Positions 39,522 to 46,746 of a stretch of 64,000 nucleotides of DNA are shown here, piece after piece (position 1 is the stretch's first letter; every line of letters starts with the position of its first letter). The position numbers and the translations under genes are program-made. Source of the DNA: Vicinamibacterales bacterium (GTDB lineage Bacteria > Acidobacteriota > Vicinamibacteria > Vicinamibacterales > UBA8438); contig OY762226.1 in NCBI GenBank assembly GCA_963665465.1, positions 4,741,177 through 4,805,176 on the forward strand. The letters are read 5' to 3'. The notes beneath the pieces were generated by a model. It ran no database searches and was not told the DNA's origin. It saw only the letters and a program-made list of their open reading frames with translations.

Positions 39522-41174
39522 CTAGATTGTATCAGTCGGCGGGGGGGCGGGCCTGGCCCCGGCGGCGTCCCCGGGCGCGCGGCGGGGGACCGCCTCCCGG
39601 CGCCGTCGACGCCGGCTCCCGGCCGCCGGCCGGGCGTGGCTGGTCACGACCTCGAAGCGGATGATGCGCCGCAGCGCGTCGGCGAGCGGAGCCGAGTTGC
39701 GCTGCGCCGCCCACACCTCGAGCTCGGTGTCGCCGTCGGGCTCGAGCCGCAGGAGGTAGTCCTGACTGCCGGGGACGACCTTGATCGACGCGACGCTGCG
39801 CTGGTGGCTGCGGTCGAGGCTCTCGGCCACCCGCAGGATGGCCGAGAGCATTCTGACCGTCCTGCGCCGGCCCGCCGGCAGGTGCCCGTACCCGTCGTGC
39901 GAGCGCTTCGGCTGCGCGCGCCGGTGATAGCGCGCGACCAGCGCCACGACCTCCACCTCCTCGGGCTCGAAGCCGCGCAGGTCGCCGTTCTTGATGAGGT
40001 AGTAGGAGTGCTTGTGATGCCGCCCGTGGCTGATGTGCACGCCGATGTCGTGCAGCAGCGCCGCGAACTCGAGCCACTCGCGCTCGCGGGCGCCCAGGCC
40101 GTGCGCCGCCTGCAGCTGGTCGAACAGCGCCAGGGCCAGGCGGGTCACCTGCTGCGAGTGCTCCTGCCAGTAGCTGCAGCGCTCGGCGAGCTCGACGACG
40201 CTGCGCCGCCTGACGTCCGGATACTCCTCGACCTTCGCGATCTGGGCCCGGTTCCGGCGGATGTAGTCGAGCGCCAGCCCCTCGCGCAACGCCAGGTCGC
40301 ACAGCGTCAGCTCGCGCGTGCCCAGTCGCCTCAGGATCGTATCGAGCACGATCGACCCGGCCACGGCGAGGTCGGCCCGGCGCGGGTCGAAGCCCGGGAT
40401 GCGCAGCCGCTCGGCCAGCGTGAGGCTGCCGAGCTCGCGCCGCAGCCGGCGGATCTGCTTCGCCGCGATGCGGCGATTGCGGAGATCGTCGGACCCGACG
40501 GCGCGCCCGCCGCCCACGGCCAGCGCGCCGAGGCTCAGGATGGTGCCGGAGGTGCCGATGACGCGGTCGAATCCGAGCGCGACGATGCGGTCGACCACCT
40601 CGGCAATCTCGGCGCCGATGTAGCGCGTCATCCGCCGCACGTCGACTTCGGCGATCGGGTCCGTGCGCACGAACTGCTCGGTCAGGCGAATCACCCCGAT
40701 CTTCGCGCTGTGGGCGATCTGAATCTTTTCGGCGGTGCCGCGCGTCAGCTCGACGCTCCCGCCGCCGATGTCGATGACGACCGCGGAGCCGGCCCCGACG
40801 TCGACGCCGTAGACCGCGGCGCGGTGAATCAACAGCGCCTCCTGGGAGCCGGAGATCACGCGCACGCGGATACCGGTGCGCTGGTGGATCGCCGCCAGGA
40901 ACTCGGGCCCGTTGTCCGCCTCGCGCACGGCGCTGGTCGCGGCGGCCACGATCTCGTCGACGTCGTGCGAGTCGGCCAGGCGCCTGAACTTCGACAGCGC
41001 CTGCAGGGCAGCGGTGGTCGTGGCCTCGGTGAGCGCGCGGCCGCCCAGTCCGCCCGAGCCGAGCCGGACCATCTCCTTCTCGCGGTCGACCACCTCGAAC
41101 GAGCGGTCCGGCCGCACCTGGACCACGATCATGTGCAGCGAGTTGGTCCCGATGTCGATGGCGGCGATCCGCAT
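39522..41174 (-). CDS. ppx: Ppx/GppA-family exopolyphosphatase with a C-terminal HD domain
   Basis: ORF 39522-41381, trimmed to MRIAAIDIGTNSLHMIVV at 41174. Motifs: IDIGGGSVEL, ALLHDIGVHISHGRHHKHSYYLI. Confidence 0.85.
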   Translation of the reverse strand: MRIAAIDIGTNSLHMIVVQVRPDRSFEVVDREKEMVRLGSGGLGGRALTEATTTAALQALSKFRRLADSHDVDEIVAAATSAVREADNGPEFLAAIHQRTGIRVRVISGSQEALLIHRAAVYGVDVGAGSAVVIDIGGGSVELTRGTAEKIQIAHSAKIGVIRLTEQFVRTDPIAEVDVRRMTRYIGAEIAEVVDRIVALGFDRVIGTSGTILSLGALAVGGGRAVGSDDLRNRRIAAKQIRRLRRELGSLTLAERLRIPGFDPRRADLAVAGSIVLDTILRRLGTRELTLCDLALREGLALDYIRRNRAQIAKVEEYPDVRRRSVVELAERCSYWQEHSQQVTRLALALFDQLQAAHGLGAREREWLEFAALLHDIGVHISHGRHHKHSYYLIKNGDLRGFEPEEVEVVALVARYHRRAQPKRSHDGYGHLPAGRRRTVRMLSAILRVAESLDRSHQRSVASIKVVPGSQDYLLRLEPDGDTELEVWAAQRNSAPLADALRRIIRFEVVTSHARPAAGSRRRRRREAVPRRAPGDAAGARPAPPPTDTI

Positions 41175-41244
41175 GGGCGGGCGCTCGGACGGCCGAAGGC
41201 GGCGCGGAAACCGGCGCGCGGCGCCGGGCCGCGGCGGCTGACGG

Positions 41245-41250
41245 TATAAT
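41245..41250 (+). promoter_or_regulatory. Candidate -10 box (TATAAT) for the CHAD gene
   Basis: A perfect TATAAT lies 30 nt upstream of ATG 41280 in otherwise very GC-rich divergent intergenic DNA. I saw no convincing -35 element. Confidence 0.35.
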
Positions 41251-41279
41251 AACCAGTTCCGATCGACACTCATCCTAGC

Positions 41280-42284
41280 ATGGCATTCCCGCATCCGCTG
41301 GCCGCCCCGCTCGAGCGTCAGTTGCGGGCGTTCGGCGGTCACTTGCCGGCCGCGGTCGACGGCGAGGTCGAGCCGGTGCACCAGTGCCGGGTGGCCACGC
41401 GCCGCTTGCGCGAGATCCTGCCGCTATGTGCGGCGGAGATGCCGCGCGCCACGGCGGCGCGTGCTCGGCGGCGCGTGCGCCGCGTCGGGCGGGCCCTCGG
41501 CCCGGTGCGCGAGATCGATGTCTCGCTGGCCGTCGCGGAGGAGCTGACGCAGCGGCACTTCGTCCAGGGAACAGTCGCGGAGCACCTGCGGCAGCACCTG
41601 CTCGACGAGCGCGAGGAGCGCCGGGAGCAGATGCTGGAGCGGCTCAGGTCCATCAACACCCGCAAGCTGGAGCGTGATCTGGCCGAGGTCGCGCGCGCGC
41701 TCGGCCTGCGCCAGCAGACCGATGCCTGGGCGCAAACCCTCGCGGCGCGCATGTCCCGCCGGGCCCGCAACCTGCGGGACGCCATCACGGCGGCCGGTTC
41801 GCTCTACATCGCCGACCGCGTGCACGCCGTGCGGATTGCCGCCAAGCAGCTGCGCTACGCGCTCGAGTTCGCCGGCGAGACCGGCGAGGCGCGCACCAAG
41901 GGCGCCGTGCGGCAGGTGAAGACGGTGCAGGAGACGCTGGGGCGCCTGAACGATCTGGACGTGCTGGCCGGCCTCATCCAGGATTTCGTCGTGCCGGGGG
42001 ATCCGCAGCCGTGGCACGGCGAGCTCGAGGCGTTGCGGGTGCGCGTGGAAGGGGAGTGCCGCAAGCTGCACGGCCGCTACGTGGCGAAGCAGGCGGCCCT
42101 GCTCGAGACCTGCGACACGGCGGCGGCGGTTGCGCGCCGCATTCTGGCGGAGCGGGGCGGCGAAGGGTTGAGCGGCCGGCGCGCACGGTCGGCCGGGCAA
42201 ACGCCGGGCGGGCGCGCGCTGAAGATGGCGCTGGCCGATCCCCCGTCGGCGGAGCGGGAGGCCTCGGGCAGCGGGCAGGCGTAG
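41280..42284 (+). CDS. CHAD-domain protein
   Basis: Motifs: VHQCRVATRRLREIL, VREIDVSLA, VHAVRIAAKQLRYALEF, LGRLNDLDV. It is divergent from ppx. Confidence 0.75.
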   Translation: MAFPHPLAAPLERQLRAFGGHLPAAVDGEVEPVHQCRVATRRLREILPLCAAEMPRATAARARRRVRRVGRALGPVREIDVSLAVAEELTQRHFVQGTVAEHLRQHLLDEREERREQMLERLRSINTRKLERDLAEVARALGLRQQTDAWAQTLAARMSRRARNLRDAITAAGSLYIADRVHAVRIAAKQLRYALEFAGETGEARTKGAVRQVKTVQETLGRLNDLDVLAGLIQDFVVPGDPQPWHGELEALRVRVEGECRKLHGRYVAKQAALLETCDTAAAVARRILAERGGEGLSGRRARSAGQTPGGRALKMALADPPSAEREASGSGQA

Positions 42285-42323
42285 CCCCCGGTCCCGGGCG
42301 CGGCGCCGGCGCGCTGCCGCCGG

Positions 42324-43484
42324 CTACGCGCCGCCCCGCAGGAGCCAGCCGGCGGCGGCGCCGGCCGCGATGAGCCACGTCGTGTTCGGGCTCCACCGCA
42401 CGAGCGCCACCGCCGCCGCCGCCGCGATGGCGGCGGTCGGCACGTCGACGACTACCGACGGCCCGAGCTGCCAGGTCACGGCCGCCATCAGGCCGAGCGA
42501 GGCCACCACCACGCCGTCGAGCAGCCCGCTCGCCACGCGCGACGCGCGCAGCCGCGCGATCAGCGGCTGGGTGGCCAGCACGAACACGAAGCCCGGTGCG
42601 AAGATGCCGATAGTGGCGAGCACGGCGCCGGGCCACCCCTGCAGCAGGTAGCCGATGAAGGTCGCCGTCGTGAAGACCGGTCCGGGGGTGACCTGCCCGA
42701 CGGTGATGGCGTCGATGAGCTGCTGCTCCGTCAGCCAGGCCCAGCGTTCCGTCAGGTCGGCCCGCAGGAAGGCGACCAGCACGTAGCCGCTGCCGAACAG
42801 GATCGAGCCCACCTTCAGGAAGAACAGGGTCAGGCGCGTGAGCGTGACCGGGACGGCCGCGCCGGCGACCGCGGCGGCGGCGCTGGCCAGGGTCGTCGCG
42901 GCACCCAGCGTCGCGAGCAGGCCGGCGACGGCCGCTCCGCGCGCGAGATGCGCCCCCATGGCGACCAGGGCGCCGCCGCCCAGCAGCAACAGCTCGTTGA
43001 CGCCGGCCAGCGAGAACAGCGCGACCGCGCCCCCCAGCAGGAGCTGCGGCGGGCCGGTGATGGCGGCGCGGCCCAGCTTCCAGACCGCCTGCACGATGAC
43101 CGCGATGATGACCGGACCGATGCCGTACATCAGCCACGCCGCCTGGGGCGTGCTGCCGAAGCGGACGTAGGCGTAGGCGATCGCCCCGACCATCAGCGAG
43201 GCGGGCAGGATGAAGCAGACGCCGGCGGTGAGCAGTCCCCCCAGCCGGCCGCGCCGGAATCCCAGGTGGATCGCCATCTCGGTCGAGTTCGGCCCCGGAA
43301 TCAGGTGCGTGGCGGCGAGCAGGTCGAGGAACTCGGCGTCGGTCAGCCACCGCCGCCGGTCGACGACCTCGCTGCGCATCATGGCGATGTGGGCCGCCGG
43401 TCCGCCGAACGCCGTGACGCCGAGCCGGAGGAAGAGAGTTGCGAGCTGAACGAGAGTCCGTGACGCGGTCACGCGCGCGATCAT
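42324..43484 (-). CDS. chrA: Chromate transporter (CHR family)
   Basis: ORF 42324-43961, trimmed to MIARVTASRTLVQLATLFLRLGVTAFGGPAAHIAMM at 43484. A second half-domain reads FLKVGSILFGSGYVLVAFL...GQVTPGPVFTTATFIGY. Upstream ORF residues are translated repeats. Confidence 0.85.
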   Translation of the reverse strand: MIARVTASRTLVQLATLFLRLGVTAFGGPAAHIAMMRSEVVDRRRWLTDAEFLDLLAATHLIPGPNSTEMAIHLGFRRGRLGGLLTAGVCFILPASLMVGAIAYAYVRFGSTPQAAWLMYGIGPVIIAVIVQAVWKLGRAAITGPPQLLLGGAVALFSLAGVNELLLLGGGALVAMGAHLARGAAVAGLLATLGAATTLASAAAAVAGAAVPVTLTRLTLFFLKVGSILFGSGYVLVAFLRADLTERWAWLTEQQLIDAITVGQVTPGPVFTTATFIGYLLQGWPGAVLATIGIFAPGFVFVLATQPLIARLRASRVASGLLDGVVVASLGLMAAVTWQLGPSVVVDVPTAAIAAAAAVALVRWSPNTTWLIAAGAAAGWLLRGGA

Positions 43485-43494
43485 ATCCGTTGCC

Positions 43495-43910
43495 GCAAGG
43501 CGCGCACGGCGCGGGGCGAAGGGGTCCCCGCAAGCGGACGCCGGGGGTTCGGGGCGTAGCCCCATCTGATTGAGCGCCGGCGCAGCCGGCGCAAGGCGCG
43601 CACAGCGCGCCTCGGCGGGAGCGGCGCGGGGCTGTGGGGTCCCCGCAAGCGGACGCCGGGGGTTCGGGGCGTAGCCCCATTCGATTGAGCGCCGGCGCAG
43701 CCGGCGCAAGGCGCGCACGGCGCGCCTCGGCGGGAGCGGCGCGGGGCTGTGGGGTCCCCGCAAGCGGACGCCGGGGGTTCGGGGCGTAGCCCCATTCGAT
43801 TGAGCGCCGGCGCAGCCGGCGCAAGGCGCGCACGGCGCGCCTCGGCGGAAGCGGCGCGGGGCGAAGGGGTCCCCGCAAGCGGCCGCCGGGGGTTCGGGGC
43901 GTAGCCCCGT
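43495..43910 (+). repeat. Tandem array of a 115-bp GC-rich hairpin-forming unit (about 3.6 units, 4 core copies)
   Basis: The core ggggtccccgcaagcgg(a/c)cgccgggggttcggggcgtagcccc starts at 43521, 43636, 43751 and 43866, a constant 115-nt spacing. Each unit also carries aggcgcgc-ac(g/a)-gcgcgcct, an 8-bp stem. Confidence 0.9.
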
Positions 43911-43951
43911 CTTGATGCTGCTAGCATCGTGGGGGCGGAACGGACAGCGTC

Positions 43952-44590
43952 GTGGACTCAACGCTGGGGTTCGTGGTTTCGGGTGCGGTATTCGGTCTCG
44001 CGGCCGGGTTCGCGCCGGGTCCGCTGCTGGCCCTGGTGCTGGCCCGGAGCGTCCGCTACGGCGCCCGCGAAGGCGTCAAGGTCGCACTCGCGCCGCTCCT
44101 CTCGGACCCGCCGATCGTCCTGCTGGCGGTGCTCGTGTTCGCACGGGTCCCCACGACGGATCCGATCCTCGGCGCCGTGGCGCTGGCGGGGGGTGCGTTT
44201 CTGGTCCACCTGGCGGTCGAGATGGTTCGCGCGCCGGCGGAGCCGGGTCTGGAGCGGCCGGGTCGCGCCGGCTCGCTGCTGCGGGGCGTGGCCGCCAACC
44301 TGCTGAATCCGCACCCGTACCTGTTCTGGCTGACGGTCGGCGCGCCCACCGTGGTCGGCGCCTGCGCCGCCGGCGGGGCGGCGGCGGCCGGATTCCTCGC
44401 GGCCATGTACGGTTGCCTGGTCGGGGCCAAGGTGCTCGTGGCGGTCGCCGGCGGGCAGGGCCGGGTGTGGCTGGCCGGCCGATCCTACGCGTTCACGCTG
44501 CGTCTGCTGGCCGCGGCCCTGGCCGCGATCGGCCTGCTGTCGGTGTGGGACGGCCTCCGCGTTCTGGGCGGCGCGGGGCCTGCGGCATAG
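43952..44590 (+). CDS. LysE/RhtB-family amino-acid exporter
   Basis: GTG start. Motifs: GFAPGPLLALVLARS, LLNPHPYLFWLTVG. About 6 hydrophobic segments. Confidence 0.75.
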   Translation: MDSTLGFVVSGAVFGLAAGFAPGPLLALVLARSVRYGAREGVKVALAPLLSDPPIVLLAVLVFARVPTTDPILGAVALAGGAFLVHLAVEMVRAPAEPGLERPGRAGSLLRGVAANLLNPHPYLFWLTVGAPTVVGACAAGGAAAAGFLAAMYGCLVGAKVLVAVAGGQGRVWLAGRSYAFTLRLLAAALAAIGLLSVWDGLRVLGGAGPAA

Positions 44591-44635
44591 AACGGCGCGC
44601 ACTCTCCTGGCCGGGTTCGCGGGACGCGTCGTAGA

Positions 44636-45703
44636 ATGGGCGGCATGACATCCAGGTTCCTGCCGCTCGGTATCGCGCTCGGCTGCAGCGTGCTGCTGGC
44701 CGCGCAGTCTCCGCCGCCCCTGCCGGAGGTCGATCGGTTCGGGCCCCAGGCGGGCGAGGTCGTCCCCGATTTCGCGCTGGTCGATCAGACCGGACGCACG
44801 CGGGACCTCGCGTCCGTCCTGGGTCCGAACGGGGCGCTGCTCGTCTTCGCCCGCTCGGCCGTCTGGTGACCGTACTGCAAGACGCAGCTCGTGGAGCTGC
44901 AAGAACGCTACGCCGATCTCACCGCGCAGGGCATTGGTGTGGCCGCCATCTTCTACGACCCGCCGGAGGCGATCCGCGAGTTCGCCGAGGCGCGCGGGAT
45001 CGAGTTCCCGGTGCTGTCGGATCCCGGCTCGGCGGTGATTCGGCGCTACGGCATCCTGAACCGGGAAGTCGAGCCGGACGCGAAGGTGGGCGACTTCCGC
45101 CTGTTCGGCATCCCCTATCCCGGGACGTTCGTGCTCGACGGCGCGGGGCGGGTCGTGGAGCGCTTCTTCGAGCAGCGCTACCAGGAGCGGATCACGGCGG
45201 CGAGCATCGCGCTCCGGCTCGGCGACCCCCTGGAGGGGACGTCCGCCGCCGGGAACGGGATGGACAGCCGGCTGATCGCCGCGCGCGCCTACGCCAGCGA
45301 CGCGGCGGTGGCGCCCGGCAACCGGTTTGCGCTCATGGTCGACATCGAGCCCAAGCCGGGCATGCACGTGTACGCGCCCGGCGATCACATCTACCGCGTC
45401 ATCCGGCTGCGCGTGGACGAGCCCGACTTCCTGCGGGTGCACCCGCTCTCCTACCCGCCGTCGGAGCTGTATCACTACGAGCCGCTGGACGAGACCGTGC
45501 CGGTCTACCAGGAGCCGTTCCGCCTCGTTCAGGAGGTCACCGTGCCGATGAGCGAGGAGACGGCGGCGCTGTCCGCTGCGGGTGGCAAGCTGGTGGTGGA
45601 GGGCGCGCTCGAGTACCAGGTCTGCGACGACGAAGTGTGCTACATCCCCGCCTCGGCGCCGCTCCGCTGGGAGCTGGCGTGGCGGCCGCTGATCCGCGAC
45701 TAG
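44636..45703 (+). CDS. Exported AhpC/TSA-type redoxin with in-frame TGA at the first active-site Cys position (candidate Sec, U-x-x-C), fused to a DsbD-N-like domain
   Basis: ORFs 44636-44869 and 44891-45703 are in the same frame. Read-through gives LLVFARSAVW-TGA-PYCKTQLVELQERYADLTAQGIGVAAI. The C-terminus reads PGMHVYAPGD...ALEYQVCDDEVCYIP. Confidence 0.7.
44884..44900 (+). promoter_or_regulatory. 17-nt hairpin 14 nt 3' of the in-frame TGA (SECIS-like candidate)
   Basis: GCAGCTC-GTG-GAGCTGC forms a perfect 7-bp stem with a 3-nt loop. The context is TGA CCGTACTGCAAGAC followed by the hairpin. Confidence 0.55.
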
Positions 45704-45704
45704 G

Positions 45705-45741
45705 GAGTCTGCGCCGCGGGGCGCAGCCCCGTCTGATTGAG
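45705..45741 (+). repeat. Dispersed GC-rich repeat, short copy
   Basis: gagtctgcgccgcggggcgcagccccgtctgattgag, ending 2 nt before ATG 45743. Confidence 0.65.
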
Positions 45742-45742
45742 A

Positions 45743-46069
45743 ATGCCTGAGACGATCTACGTGCTCGACCGGATCACGGTGCGTCCGGGCCGCCTGCGCG
45801 ACTACCAGGCCCGGCTGCGCGAGCAGTATCTCCCCGTGGCGCGGGCGCGCGGGATGACGCTGGTGGGGCAGTGGTTCACGCCACCGGTCGAGCTGGACGA
45901 CGCGCCCAACGAGCTCGTGCTGCTGTGGTCCCTGCCCGGCCCGGCCGGCTTCTGGGCGATGCGCCGGCGGGCCGGGGATCCGGAGGTCACGGCCTGGTGG
46001 GCGGAGAGCGACGCGCTGACGCTGGGGCGCGAGCGCAAGTACATGCTGCCCGGCGAGGTGGTGGAATGA
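45743..46069 (+). CDS. NIPSNAP-like small alpha/beta protein
   Basis: Reads MPETIYVLDRITVRPGRLRDYQARLREQYLPVARARGMTLVGQWFTP...ELVLLWSL. The ORF-track start at 45737 is TTG. Confidence 0.5.
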   Translation: MPETIYVLDRITVRPGRLRDYQARLREQYLPVARARGMTLVGQWFTPPVELDDAPNELVLLWSLPGPAGFWAMRRRAGDPEVTAWWAESDALTLGRERKYMLPGEVVE

Positions 46070-46719
46070 GGGTCGTCACGATGCTCCACGTGGAGGGCGA
46101 CCTCGACGACGCGCGGGACGCTGCGATCCGGCGCGCCGTCGCCCGGGCGGCCGACGAGGTGGCCGGCGTGCGCCGCAGCCATCTCGGCCGGCACTATCCC
46201 GGCACGGTCGGGGGCGGCCAGTACACGTGGGACGTGCTGTTCGACGGCCGCGATCCGGGCGCGCTGCACCAGGCGCCCGGCCTGGATGCGCTGGCGGCGG
46301 GAGGCGCGTTGCGCCTGGACACGGTCGCCTTCGAGCCGCAGCACCTGGCCGTCCCCGAGCCCGGCATCCGCGACTGCGTCAAGCGCACGCTCTTCCTGCG
46401 CGTGCTGCCCGACGCGCCGCACGACGCCCTGGAGCGCTTCGAGCACGACATGCTCGGCATGCCCCGCTACATCGACGCGATCCGCAACTGGGCGTTCAGC
46501 CGCGCGGACCCGGAGCTGCATCCGACGCCCTGGACGCACGTCTGGGAGCAGGAGTACCGGGAGCTGAGCGGTCTCCAGGTCGACTACATGCTCAGCCCGT
46601 ACCACTGGGGCCTGGTCGACGGCTGGTACGACCCGGAGAGCCCGCAGCGCATCGTCGACACCCACCTGGCCCACGTCTACTGCCCGGCCGCGGCGACGAT
46701 CCTCGGCTGGTCTGCGTAG
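46066..46719 (+). CDS. Dabb (stress-responsive alpha/beta barrel) domain protein, two domains
   Basis: Real part of ORF 45871-46719. ATG 46066 overlaps the upstream stop (ATGA). Motifs: VKRTLFLRVLPDAPHDALERFEHDMLGMPRYIDAIRNWAFSR...SPYHW. Confidence 0.5.
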   Translation: MRVVTMLHVEGDLDDARDAAIRRAVARAADEVAGVRRSHLGRHYPGTVGGGQYTWDVLFDGRDPGALHQAPGLDALAAGGALRLDTVAFEPQHLAVPEPGIRDCVKRTLFLRVLPDAPHDALERFEHDMLGMPRYIDAIRNWAFSRADPELHPTPWTHVWEQEYRELSGLQVDYMLSPYHWGLVDGWYDPESPQRIVDTHLAHVYCPAAATILGWSA

Positions 46720-46746
46720 CCGGGCAGACGAGAACCGCTTTCCCCG

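Noticed and set aside
43540-43563. tRNA-like T-arm (gggggttcggggcg) inside the repeat core
   Set aside because: No acceptor, D or anticodon arms can be drawn, and the sequence is present in at least 8 near-identical copies. I found no tRNA or rRNA in the window.
43495-43910. CRISPR array
   Set aside because: The whole 115-bp unit is repeated with no unique spacers, the period is too long, and there are no cas genes in the window.
43481-43961. ORFs translating the repeat array (148 aa at 43481-43927; N-terminal extensions of 41974-43878 and 42324-43961)
   Set aside because: The peptide text repeats with the 115-bp period (…GAPCAPCAGCAGAQSNGATPRTPGVRLRG…) in several frames. It mirrors a nucleotide repeat that also occurs in non-coding contexts elsewhere.
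44891-45703. Independent gene starting at GTG 44891 (and likewise GTG 7444 for the second half of the FG-GAP protein)
   Set aside because: This would split a thioredoxin fold one residue before its active-site Cys and leave the exported domain without a signal peptide. The interval between the TGA and the GTG stays in frame and protein-like. It is kept only as the fallback if the TGA is a true stop.
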